A stretch of DNA of 64,000 bases from an uncultured virus (IMG/VR IMGVR_UViG_3300025098_000016). Its lineage: Duplodnaviria > Heunggongvirae > Uroviricota > Caudoviricetes. The notes below the pieces were generated by a model. It was not told the origin of the DNA. It ran no database searches and worked only from the letters and a program-made list of their open reading frames with translations. Of the stretch, positions 38,275-45,723 are shown piece after piece. Location of the stretch: IMG/VR virus record IMGVR_UViG_3300025098_000016; one strand, given 5' to 3'. Both the position numbers and the translations under genes were made by a program. The first letter of the stretch is position 1. Each line of letters opens with the position of its first letter.

Positions 38275-38498
38275 GGATCTTAACGTGGAGCCTCGACAAA
38301 ATCCTAAGCGAGGTTAAGGTCCTCGAAAACGAGGTAAAAGAAATCAAACATAGTATTATGAAACTAGTTTGGTGGTTCCGTGGTGGTATTCAACTTAATG
38401 ACGCATACTTACTATGTCGTGAGGATACCCTAATCTTAAATGATATCATTAAAGAGAATTTAGATACTGCCAAAGAAATTGGACAGCCTTTTTGGTAA
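38262..38498 (+). CDS. gp51-like frame, probably reached by -1 frameshift from the gp26-like gene (not in ORF track)
   Basis: The -1 frame is open from the T-TTT-TTC site: FFRLRILTWSLDKILSEVKVLENEVKEIKHSIMKLVWWFRGGIQLNDAYLLCREDTLILNDIIKENLDTAKEIGQPFW*. Confidence 0.7.
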   Translation, partial: FFRLRILTWSLDKILSEVKVLENEVKEIKHSIMKLVWWFRGGIQLNDAYLLCREDTLILNDIIKENLDTAKEIGQPFW

Positions 38499-38500
38499 GA

Positions 38501-39274
38501 CTAGGCTTTTACTTTTTTAGGTGCAGTTACAGTATAACCTTGTGACTTTAAGAATTTAATTGCTGACTTAACATCCATTGTTGGAGTAGCCATATCTTTA
38601 GCATCACTGTTACTACTAGCAGTCTTTGTGCTTGCTTGTGCCTTGCTAGTTTTTGAATCTTGTGCGCCTGCATCGCCATAAGAACTTTTATTAACTCTAC
38701 CACCTAGTTGTTTTTGAAAACCTTGTTGAACAAAACGTTTGATAATTTTCTTAGCTTGTCCACTTGATAATTGTACATCTACTTCATTTAATCTTGATTC
38801 ACTATACATAGATTCAATACCTGGGAGATTAGGTTGATCTGGTGTTAGTCCTGATGCTTGTGGAGAAAGTTTTTGTTTTAGTTTGCTTGCCGCTTGTCCT
38901 ACTTTGCTTGCTCCGGACTTAGCCGCGCCTGCGGCCGCTTTAGCGCCTTTAGCAACTTTTTTACCTGCTTTAGCCGCTTTTCTACCTAGACTAGGTTCTT
39001 GATTGATGTACTGCATTACTGCACTAGGTTTGCTTACAAAACCTTTTGCAACAAGAAAGTTAGCTAAACCTTTAGCTGTCATACCTTGTAGTTTAGGGTC
39101 TTGCTTACTTACTGCATAATAATCTTTGTAAATATTTGCAACTTCTTTATCTAGTTCAACATCTAACTGTGCGGCCTTGCCCATAGCTGTGTTTTTTCCT
39201 AGTGTTCTTTTCATAAATCTAATAGGACCTTCGTCAACTTGTTTAGATTCAGATAAAATGTCATGTACGTTCAT
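38501..39274 (-). CDS. Basic Lys/Ala-rich hypothetical protein, possible internal head protein
   Basis: MNVHDILSESKQVDE start and internal YSE/LNE sites resemble T4 gp21-cleaved internal proteins; TATAAATA promoter at 39296-39303. Confidence 0.55.
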   Translation of the reverse strand: MNVHDILSESKQVDEGPIRFMKRTLGKNTAMGKAAQLDVELDKEVANIYKDYYAVSKQDPKLQGMTAKGLANFLVAKGFVSKPSAVMQYINQEPSLGRKAAKAGKKVAKGAKAAAGAAKSGASKVGQAASKLKQKLSPQASGLTPDQPNLPGIESMYSESRLNEVDVQLSSGQAKKIIKRFVQQGFQKQLGGRVNKSSYGDAGAQDSKTSKAQASTKTASSNSDAKDMATPTMDVKSAIKFLKSQGYTVTAPKKVKA

Positions 39275-39339
39275 AGTTTAGCTCCCGATTAATTATATTT
39301 ATACTTTTCAACACAGAAATACTTATTAAATAACTCTAC

Positions 39340-39525
39340 ATGATTACAAGATATCGAATACTAGACAATCTCGATAATGAGATTGAAATTGTAAACAGTA
39401 TTGACGAAGTACATCAATATATAGAAACAATGCGTGATACACAACCTCATCTACAGCTCAGATATGAATCATTCGAAGTTAGTAGTGTTAAGTCGGGTTT
39501 TGGAAGAGATCCTGATCTACACTAA
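39340..39525 (+). CDS. Small hypothetical protein
   Basis: 61 aa ORF with TAAATA 7 nt upstream. Confidence 0.6.
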   Translation: MITRYRILDNLDNEIEIVNSIDEVHQYIETMRDTQPHLQLRYESFEVSSVKSGFGRDPDLH

Positions 39526-39534
39526 ATACTCGCC

Positions 39535-39606
39535 ATGTGTTCACCTATATTCTACTTCTTAGTTTTAACAGTAGTACTAATGTGGATAATCTATAAAAAC
39601 AATTAG
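39535..39606 (+). CDS. 23 aa hydrophobic peptide (not in ORF track)
   Basis: MCSPIFYFLVLTVVLMWIIYKNN*, with TAAATA 6 nt upstream. Confidence 0.45.
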   Translation: MCSPIFYFLVLTVVLMWIIYKNN

Positions 39607-40107
39607 AATTGTTACTTCGTAACAATTAGTTTATCGCTTACGCTCAAACTATAACACTTCGTTTGTTGATAGAATTAATAGATATGAATTAAAGCAATAT
39701 TACGTAGTAATATTGTAATTGCTTCATGTAGATTGTTTCAGTCAGACGGAACCTGTTTAGTGGTTCCATCTAATCTTGACACTTCATGTGAGTTCGTCAC
39801 AGCCGAGATTCGGAAATAGGTATTTTCACTGTTCAATGGGCTCTGACCTTTCCCAACCTACGTCGACATATGTAACATAAAGAGTACATTAACTAAGTTA
39901 ATGTGCAGTTTATAATACATTACCTCTCGCTTCGTTCCTATTGCTAAAGAGTTTTTATGAACATTGTGGTTCTTGACTAACAGCAACTAGCCTATATTGA
40001 TCGTTATGGTTCGTATGAATCAATATGTTACGTGTGTGGTTTTCATGCCACCCTTTCACAGCGGAATTATCTATCTGGCCCGCTATCCTTATGTGCTGTA
40101 TTGGCTT
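39607..40107 (-). ncRNA. ~500 nt structured non-coding element (large RNA and/or origin-like DNA)
   Basis: Largest non-coding gap in the window; at least 10 stems, several with G-U pairs that work only on the minus strand. Confidence 0.55.
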
Positions 40108-40109
40108 GC

Positions 40110-40532
40110 CTATATTTTTTGTAAGTGTTCTTTTAGAATCTTTGACCCGCCAACTCTAACATTAATAATACCATTATAGTAATCATCAGTTTCTAGTACT
40201 CTGCGTTCAAATTGTTCTCGTGCCTCTAAGTAACTTGCAATGCCTCTGCTTGGACAATAATGTAATATTTCTCTAGTAAAGTTGTCTTCGCCTAATGTTT
40301 CAACGTCTGCGTTAAGTCTATCACTAGATCCCCAATAGGTTTTCCAGTCACTTTCTTTTGTTCCACGTCTTTTATTCTTTTTGCCTTTTAGCGGAGGTTT
40401 AGTTGTCTTAAATTTTGCTAGTTTCTTGCCTACGTATTTCATGCCATTAGACTTATTTGTTATCAAGTATACAAATGCTTCAACGCCTTCAGGCATTTCT
40501 TTCACTTTTTTACCTTGATAAGTCCATTGCAT
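40110..40532 (-). CDS. Stand-alone GIY-YIG nuclease domain protein (SegE-like)
   Basis: FVYLITNKSNGMKYVGKK...YWGSS...NFTREIL...EAREQF...YYN; no C-terminal DNA-binding domain. Confidence 0.75.
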   Translation of the reverse strand: MQWTYQGKKVKEMPEGVEAFVYLITNKSNGMKYVGKKLAKFKTTKPPLKGKKNKRRGTKESDWKTYWGSSDRLNADVETLGEDNFTREILHYCPSRGIASYLEAREQFERRVLETDDYYNGIINVRVGGSKILKEHLQKI

Positions 40533-40550
40533 ACTGGTACTTACCGTTGC

Positions 40551-40751
40551 CTATGTTTTGGGGCCTTCCTTTTTGGAATTATGCTTATTGTGTATCTCGT
40601 CCATACGCTGTTTAGCTAGGCTACGTATTTCGCGTAACCACTTTCTGCTTTCACGGTGCGTTCGCACAGAGTTACGAGCCTCAAATTTCTCGTTTGCCTT
40701 AAAGTATGACATATATGCTTTTGTTAGCTTATCATGTATATCGTCATTCAT
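40551..40751 (-). CDS. Small basic helical protein, histone H1-like Hc1 type
   Basis: ANEKFEARNSVRTHRESRKWLREIRSLAKQRMDEI resembles the Hc1-like N.KAA..RARK.L.E...L.K..R.E pattern. Confidence 0.5.
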   Translation of the reverse strand: MNDDIHDKLTKAYMSYFKANEKFEARNSVRTHRESRKWLREIRSLAKQRMDEIHNKHNSKKEGPKT

Positions 40752-42519
40752 TGTGTATTTCTACATCGTTCTCATATGATGTAAAGCCATTTTCCTTTAT
40801 AACCTTAAGAACGTGTGTTACTCTTCCTACTAGTTCATCTTTATGGGATATAAGATAAACATTCTTTTGTCTTTCTCTACCCAGCTTCTTCAAAATACCT
40901 AAAGAGTTTTCAACTCCGCTAGTATCCATTCCGCTATCAATTAACTCATCAATAAACAATAAGTTGATATTCTGATACAAACTTTCCCAAACATCTCTAA
41001 ATGCAAAACTCATACCAAGTATAAGTCTATTACGCTCACCTCTACTTAAATTATCAAAGTCTAGATCTTGTCCTAGTTGTGTAATTTCGACTGTCAAGTC
41101 ATTTTGAAATACAACACTATGTGGTAATCCTAGTTTGTCAAGATAGTTAGTAAGTCTGTTGTTTAGGTATGCTAAGTTTTGATCAATAATTTTTTTACGA
41201 ATAAAACTATCTTTGTTAGTAAGCAGTTTTAACATAAAGTCTTGATGATCTTTTAAACTTGTTAAGTTGTTTACAGTATCCCAATCAATTACTTGTATTG
41301 CTGTTTCATTTAAATCATCAATCTGTTCTTGATAAGGATCAATTTCTGTTTTAGAACGATCAAGTGCTTCTTGTAATTGTGCTACATTCTGTTTATGATC
41401 ATATACTTCTTTAAGTGTTTCATAAAATGTTGTAGGTTGACCATTAATATCACCAATATTATCTAGTGCAGTTGTTACGTCAGTAACTTTAGAACTTACT
41501 TCAGACTGATATGCAATAGCGTCTTTAAGTTCTTTATCTTTTTTACCTTGTAGTTCGTCTTTTTTCTCGTCATGCAGTTCTTGACCACACGTATGACAAG
41601 TGCCTTGATCTAAATTTTTAGAGTCTTTTTGTGCTTTTTCAACACTTCTGTCTGCACGTACTAGTGCTGGCTCTAATGTGCTTAATTCCTTTTTAAGAGC
41701 CAAAATGGCATTATTTTGTTCTGCCCAATTTGCTAGTTTTTCGTGTTTATCTAATTCATTATCTACATCTAAGTGTTCTAATTCGTCAATCGAGCGTTCT
41801 AATTTAGCAATATCTTCTTTTTGTTTTGTATTCCATGCACTTTGTTTTGTTTGCAAACTACGAATAGTTTCACCAATACGTGTATTACTAGATTCAATAG
41901 CATTTATACGAGCAGTTTCGTCTGTAATTGCTTCTTTAGTTTGTCTTACTTTTTCTTTAAGTACTTCCGCTTTTTCAGATAATATTGTAATACCAAGTAA
42001 CTGTTCAATAATATCTTTTTGATCATTGACTCGCATACTTAAGAACGGTTCTGTGTATGTGTTTAGTGCAACAATATGCTTAAACATATTATGCGACATA
42101 CCCAATAGATGTATAATGTCTTCTTGTGTTTTGCGACTATCACCTTGTGACTCATCTAACATCTCTTGTTCTTGTTCATTTACATAGAACTTTAAGATAT
42201 TAGGACCACGTCCTCTTTCAATCTTATAATTTTGTCCGTCCTTTTCAAAAGACAGTGTAACCAACATACCTTTGTTGTTAGTTTTATTAATTAAATTATT
42301 GCGTTTAATATTTGTTAAAGCAAGCCCGTACAAGGCATAACTTAATGCATTTATAATAGTAGTCTTACCTGTACCATTACGTGATCCGCTATCATCGCCA
42401 CCTTGGTCAAGGTTTTCTCCTAGCACAAGTGTTAGTTGTTGTTTATCAAAATCAACTGCTTGGGTCTGATTGCCCACACTCATGAAGTTCTTTACGGTTA
42501 AACTTTTTATTTTAATCAT
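40744..42519 (-). CDS. gp46: Recombination endonuclease ATPase subunit (gp46 / SbcC / Rad50)
   Basis: Walker A NGTGKTT, zinc hook CHTCGQ, signature LSRGE, Walker B LLFIDE, ISH. Confidence 0.95.
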   Translation of the reverse strand: MIKIKSLTVKNFMSVGNQTQAVDFDKQQLTLVLGENLDQGGDDSGSRNGTGKTTIINALSYALYGLALTNIKRNNLINKTNNKGMLVTLSFEKDGQNYKIERGRGPNILKFYVNEQEQEMLDESQGDSRKTQEDIIHLLGMSHNMFKHIVALNTYTEPFLSMRVNDQKDIIEQLLGITILSEKAEVLKEKVRQTKEAITDETARINAIESSNTRIGETIRSLQTKQSAWNTKQKEDIAKLERSIDELEHLDVDNELDKHEKLANWAEQNNAILALKKELSTLEPALVRADRSVEKAQKDSKNLDQGTCHTCGQELHDEKKDELQGKKDKELKDAIAYQSEVSSKVTDVTTALDNIGDINGQPTTFYETLKEVYDHKQNVAQLQEALDRSKTEIDPYQEQIDDLNETAIQVIDWDTVNNLTSLKDHQDFMLKLLTNKDSFIRKKIIDQNLAYLNNRLTNYLDKLGLPHSVVFQNDLTVEITQLGQDLDFDNLSRGERNRLILGMSFAFRDVWESLYQNINLLFIDELIDSGMDTSGVENSLGILKKLGRERQKNVYLISHKDELVGRVTHVLKVIKENGFTSYENDVEIHNE

Positions 42520-43526
42520 AGTTCGTCATAGATTCCCAATAATAACTTCTTGTCGTAGTTTTCTGTATCCAATGCAGTAATTTCTTTAGTAACAATTTCA
42601 TCTACACTTTCAAATGTACTAATGTCAATGTCTGTATGTATTTCTTCGTCTTGTTGACTAGGAATTAGTGTAATTTCTCTGCAATCGTATTCGTTAATAA
42701 ATGTTTCCTTTATAAAACTTGCTTCTTCATAACTAATTGGAAGATCAAGTGTTACTCTAAGATACATTTTGTTTTTAAGTAGTGTGTCTTTTTCGTCTAG
42801 TAGTTGACTAAGTTTAACCGTGCGATACTTAGGACAGTCAAGCCAATCAATATATTGTGGTTCTTCGTTATTTTCTTTATCAAGTATCATCATACCACGT
42901 TTATCATCCCATGCATCTGCATAGTTGTGTGGAAAAGCATTACCCATATAATGTACTGCACCTTGTACTTGGCGTTTATGGAAGTGTCCGCTAAACACAT
43001 ACTCTTGATGTTTAAAATGATCAGCTTTTAGTTCGCCATGATCAGGCATCTGCACCATTGCATTCATATAGAAACTAGGTAGTTCAAAATGACCAAACAT
43101 ATATTTTGTTTTAATATTGCTAATCTTTTTCCATTCTTCACCAACAAGCCAAGGGACTAATGCAACATCATCTTCAACTAGTATTTCATCTACATATGTA
43201 ATACCAGGAATATGTTTGCCAAACTCTACACTGTAAACATCACGTTTGTCTTTGTAGTACAAGTCATGATTACCTGCAAAAAAGTAAAACTTTTCAAAAG
43301 CCGCACCTAATTTTTCTAGGCAACGTGTAGTCGCGTCTAGTGTTTGTACATTAATTGTATTTCTATTGTGATGCCAGTCACCGCAGAAAATACCAGTCTC
43401 ACAACCGTTTGCTTTTGCTTGTTCAATAAACCAATCTACAAAGTCTTCACAATCTTGTAAATGTAGTCTACTGTTAGACTTCAGTCCTAGGTGAATATCT
43501 GTAAACACCGCCGCTTTTTTAAACAT
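42516..43526 (-). CDS. gp47: Recombination endonuclease nuclease subunit (gp47 / SbcD / Mre11)
   Basis: Metallophosphoesterase motifs TDIHLG, GDWHH, GNHD, GHFH. Confidence 0.95.
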   Translation of the reverse strand: MFKKAAVFTDIHLGLKSNSRLHLQDCEDFVDWFIEQAKANGCETGIFCGDWHHNRNTINVQTLDATTRCLEKLGAAFEKFYFFAGNHDLYYKDKRDVYSVEFGKHIPGITYVDEILVEDDVALVPWLVGEEWKKISNIKTKYMFGHFELPSFYMNAMVQMPDHGELKADHFKHQEYVFSGHFHKRQVQGAVHYMGNAFPHNYADAWDDKRGMMILDKENNEEPQYIDWLDCPKYRTVKLSQLLDEKDTLLKNKMYLRVTLDLPISYEEASFIKETFINEYDCREITLIPSQQDEEIHTDIDISTFESVDEIVTKEITALDTENYDKKLLLGIYDEL

Positions 43527-43545
43527 CCGTACTCCTCTTTTGTAT

Positions 43546-43574
43546 ATTATACGTTATAATTTGATATAAGTCAA
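43546..43574 (-). promoter_or_regulatory. Sigma70-type promoter for gp47-gp46
   Basis: TTGACT-17 nt-TATAAT. Confidence 0.8.
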
Positions 43575-44419
43575 GTGTTTTTGGAAGGATTTGGTACAGG
43601 TGGTTTAGCATCTTGTGTTTTAACACGATCCCATTCGCCTTGTGCTTGTCTAGTATAACTAGGATTCATATTGTTCATTTCTAATATATCATCTCTAATA
43701 TTTTGATTACGTTTTTCAATATTAATAACTCTAACAAATGAATTTGTAACTGCCGCAGTATAATAAGCAAAAGGATTATTGGACTTTGATTCGTCAAACT
43801 GTAAACCAATTTGTGCTAACTGTAGAATTGCTTGTCCACGCATCTCGTCATTGTATGTGTACCCACGTACATTGCCTCTTGTTGCATAACGATCACAAAG
43901 TTTCATCCACATCATAGCAAGTTTATTAGTTGCTTTACCGTGTGATTTGTTAAAGTATCCGTTGTCCATACCACCTTCCCAATGGCTTTTGCCTATACAC
44001 ACTAGTTCTCCAGCTTCATCATGTTTAAAATGTTGGAAGGGAGGAAAGTTTAATTTTACTCTATAGTCTGCAGGTGTTTTAGGATTTTTCTTACGTCCAG
44101 GCTCTTCTGGAATATGGTCAAATGACATAATACGAAATACTAGTTCTTCTTTTGTTATCTTTCGATAGTCAATTTCAAACTCTGCTAGTTTTACTCTCTT
44201 GCCTGCTAATTTAGCGGCTTCAAAGGCTTGTTGCTGTAAGCGTTTTGCTTTATTGCGTTTTGCTTCAGCTATTGTTCTAATATTAATTTTACCAATTTCT
44301 GGTAAGATTATATCATATTGGCCATACTCAGGATCAACATAACTACAGAATGTAGTCTTGGATTTGTGTATTTCCTTTAATATGTCCTTGTTGTTTAGAT
44401 AATTTACACGTTTATTCAT
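43571..44419 (-). CDS. gp55: Late transcription sigma factor (T4 gp55 family)
   Basis: NYLNNKDIL; NVRGYTYNDEM...FDESKSNNPFAYYT...NSFVRVINIEK; adjacent to gp47 as in T4-like phages. Confidence 0.9.
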   Translation of the reverse strand: MNKRVNYLNNKDILKEIHKSKTTFCSYVDPEYGQYDIILPEIGKINIRTIAEAKRNKAKRLQQQAFEAAKLAGKRVKLAEFEIDYRKITKEELVFRIMSFDHIPEEPGRKKNPKTPADYRVKLNFPPFQHFKHDEAGELVCIGKSHWEGGMDNGYFNKSHGKATNKLAMMWMKLCDRYATRGNVRGYTYNDEMRGQAILQLAQIGLQFDESKSNNPFAYYTAAVTNSFVRVINIEKRNQNIRDDILEMNNMNPSYTRQAQGEWDRVKTQDAKPPVPNPSKNT

Positions 44420-44441
44420 ATTTTCTCCGATTGTTTGTTAT

Positions 44442-44470
44442 ATTATAAACTACTCTGTTAATAAAGTCAA
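44442..44470 (-). promoter_or_regulatory. Sigma70-type promoter for gp55
   Basis: TTGACT-17 nt-TATAAT. Confidence 0.85.
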
Positions 44471-44471
44471 C

Positions 44472-44477
44472 TAAATA
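44472..44477 (+). promoter_or_regulatory. Late promoter TAAATA for the baseplate operon
   Basis: TAAATA followed by SD AGGAG and the ATG at 44502. Confidence 0.7.
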
Positions 44478-44501
44478 ATGTATATAGGAGACAATTAAAT
44501 T

Positions 44502-45434
44502 ATGGCAAGAAATAGAGACAGTGATTACGTATCTGCTCGCAACTATGCGGCGGGTCAAAAGAAACCCCCTACAGGCACTGGCGCCGCAGGACAGAATGTA
44601 GCAAGCGGTAATGTTCCTGATTTTATATCAGGTGGTATTGACACTATAAAAGATATTGGACAAGACATATTTGGTGATATTGCAGGTGATCTAGGATCTA
44701 AAATGCGAGGTGTGAACCTTCCAAAGAAAGGTGCTAATAACTTTGAAGCAAAATCAAAAGCATTTTTTAATACAGATGTTGAAAACAAAGATTGGCGTGT
44801 CAAATTATCAGTTCCTCCATCAATTGCCGCAGATGGAATACTAAATCCGTTAAACGAAGCATCTACAGGTGGAAACATGGTTTTTCCTTATACACCTACA
44901 ATTATTATCAGTCATTCAGCCGCATATAATACTGTAAGCCCTATACATAATAATTATCCGTTCTTTGCGTATCAGAACTCACAAGTGGACGCAATGACCA
45001 TTGTGGGACAATTTTACGTCCAAAATGCAACAGAAGCAAGATATTGGATGGCATGTTTACATTATTTAAGAACAATGACCAAAATGGATTATGGAATGAA
45101 CAGCACAGGGTCTCCACCACCTATTGCAAAATTAAATGGTTATGGTGACTATGTATTCAACAATGTTCCAGTTATTATACAAAACTTTACAGTTGATATG
45201 CCTAATGAAGTTGATTATATTAGTACAGGATTTAGTACAGGCCCACGTTTATCTGGTCGAGAAGCACAACGAGCTATGATGGATCAGTCTGCTACAAAAC
45301 TAAATTACGGTTGGGCACCAGCTGAATCACAATTTAGTATTACAGTCCAACCTATATACAGTAGATCAAAACAATCAACATTTAATTATACAGACTTTAC
45401 TAATGGATCTAATCTTGGACAAGGATATATTTAA
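44502..45434 (+). CDS. Baseplate tail-tube initiator/cap-like protein (gp48/gp54-like)
   Basis: VFPYTPTI...GQF...GSPPPIAKLNGYG...VPVIIQNFTVD tube-fold pattern; precedes the gp53-like gene. Confidence 0.6.
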   Translation: MARNRDSDYVSARNYAAGQKKPPTGTGAAGQNVASGNVPDFISGGIDTIKDIGQDIFGDIAGDLGSKMRGVNLPKKGANNFEAKSKAFFNTDVENKDWRVKLSVPPSIAADGILNPLNEASTGGNMVFPYTPTIIISHSAAYNTVSPIHNNYPFFAYQNSQVDAMTIVGQFYVQNATEARYWMACLHYLRTMTKMDYGMNSTGSPPPIAKLNGYGDYVFNNVPVIIQNFTVDMPNEVDYISTGFSTGPRLSGREAQRAMMDQSATKLNYGWAPAESQFSITVQPIYSRSKQSTFNYTDFTNGSNLGQGYI

Positions 45435-45721
45435 TGAGTAGCCCATACAAACATACAAAAACACAATTCAACGGAAATCTTGATATATTATCAATCAGAC
45501 CTGTGCCAGCATATGCTGATGATCCGTTATATACTATTGAGCCTCAGTATACACACAGGCCAGATTTACTAGCTCATGACATGTATGGATCAAACAAACT
45601 ATGGTGGGTTTTTGCACAAAGAAATTTAGACGTTATTGAAGACCCTGTATACGACATGGTACCTGGAGTACAAATTTATTTGCCAGATCCAAAACGTGTT
45701 AAAGAAGCAATTGGAGAATAA
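45434..45721 (+). CDS. Baseplate wedge protein (gp53-like, LysM-type)
   Basis: HRPDLLAHDMYGSNKLWWVFAQRN...PGVQIYLP. Confidence 0.8.
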   Translation: MSSPYKHTKTQFNGNLDILSIRPVPAYADDPLYTIEPQYTHRPDLLAHDMYGSNKLWWVFAQRNLDVIEDPVYDMVPGVQIYLPDPKRVKEAIGE

Positions 45722-45723
45722 AT

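Noticed and set aside
39997..40179. 60 aa plus-strand ORF in the structured gap
   Set aside because: TTG start with no SD or promoter, antisense to the GIY-YIG gene, and a non-protein-like sequence.
39607..40532. Group I intron with homing endonuclease
   Set aside because: No interrupted host gene flanks it, and I could not find P/Q/R/S core motifs.
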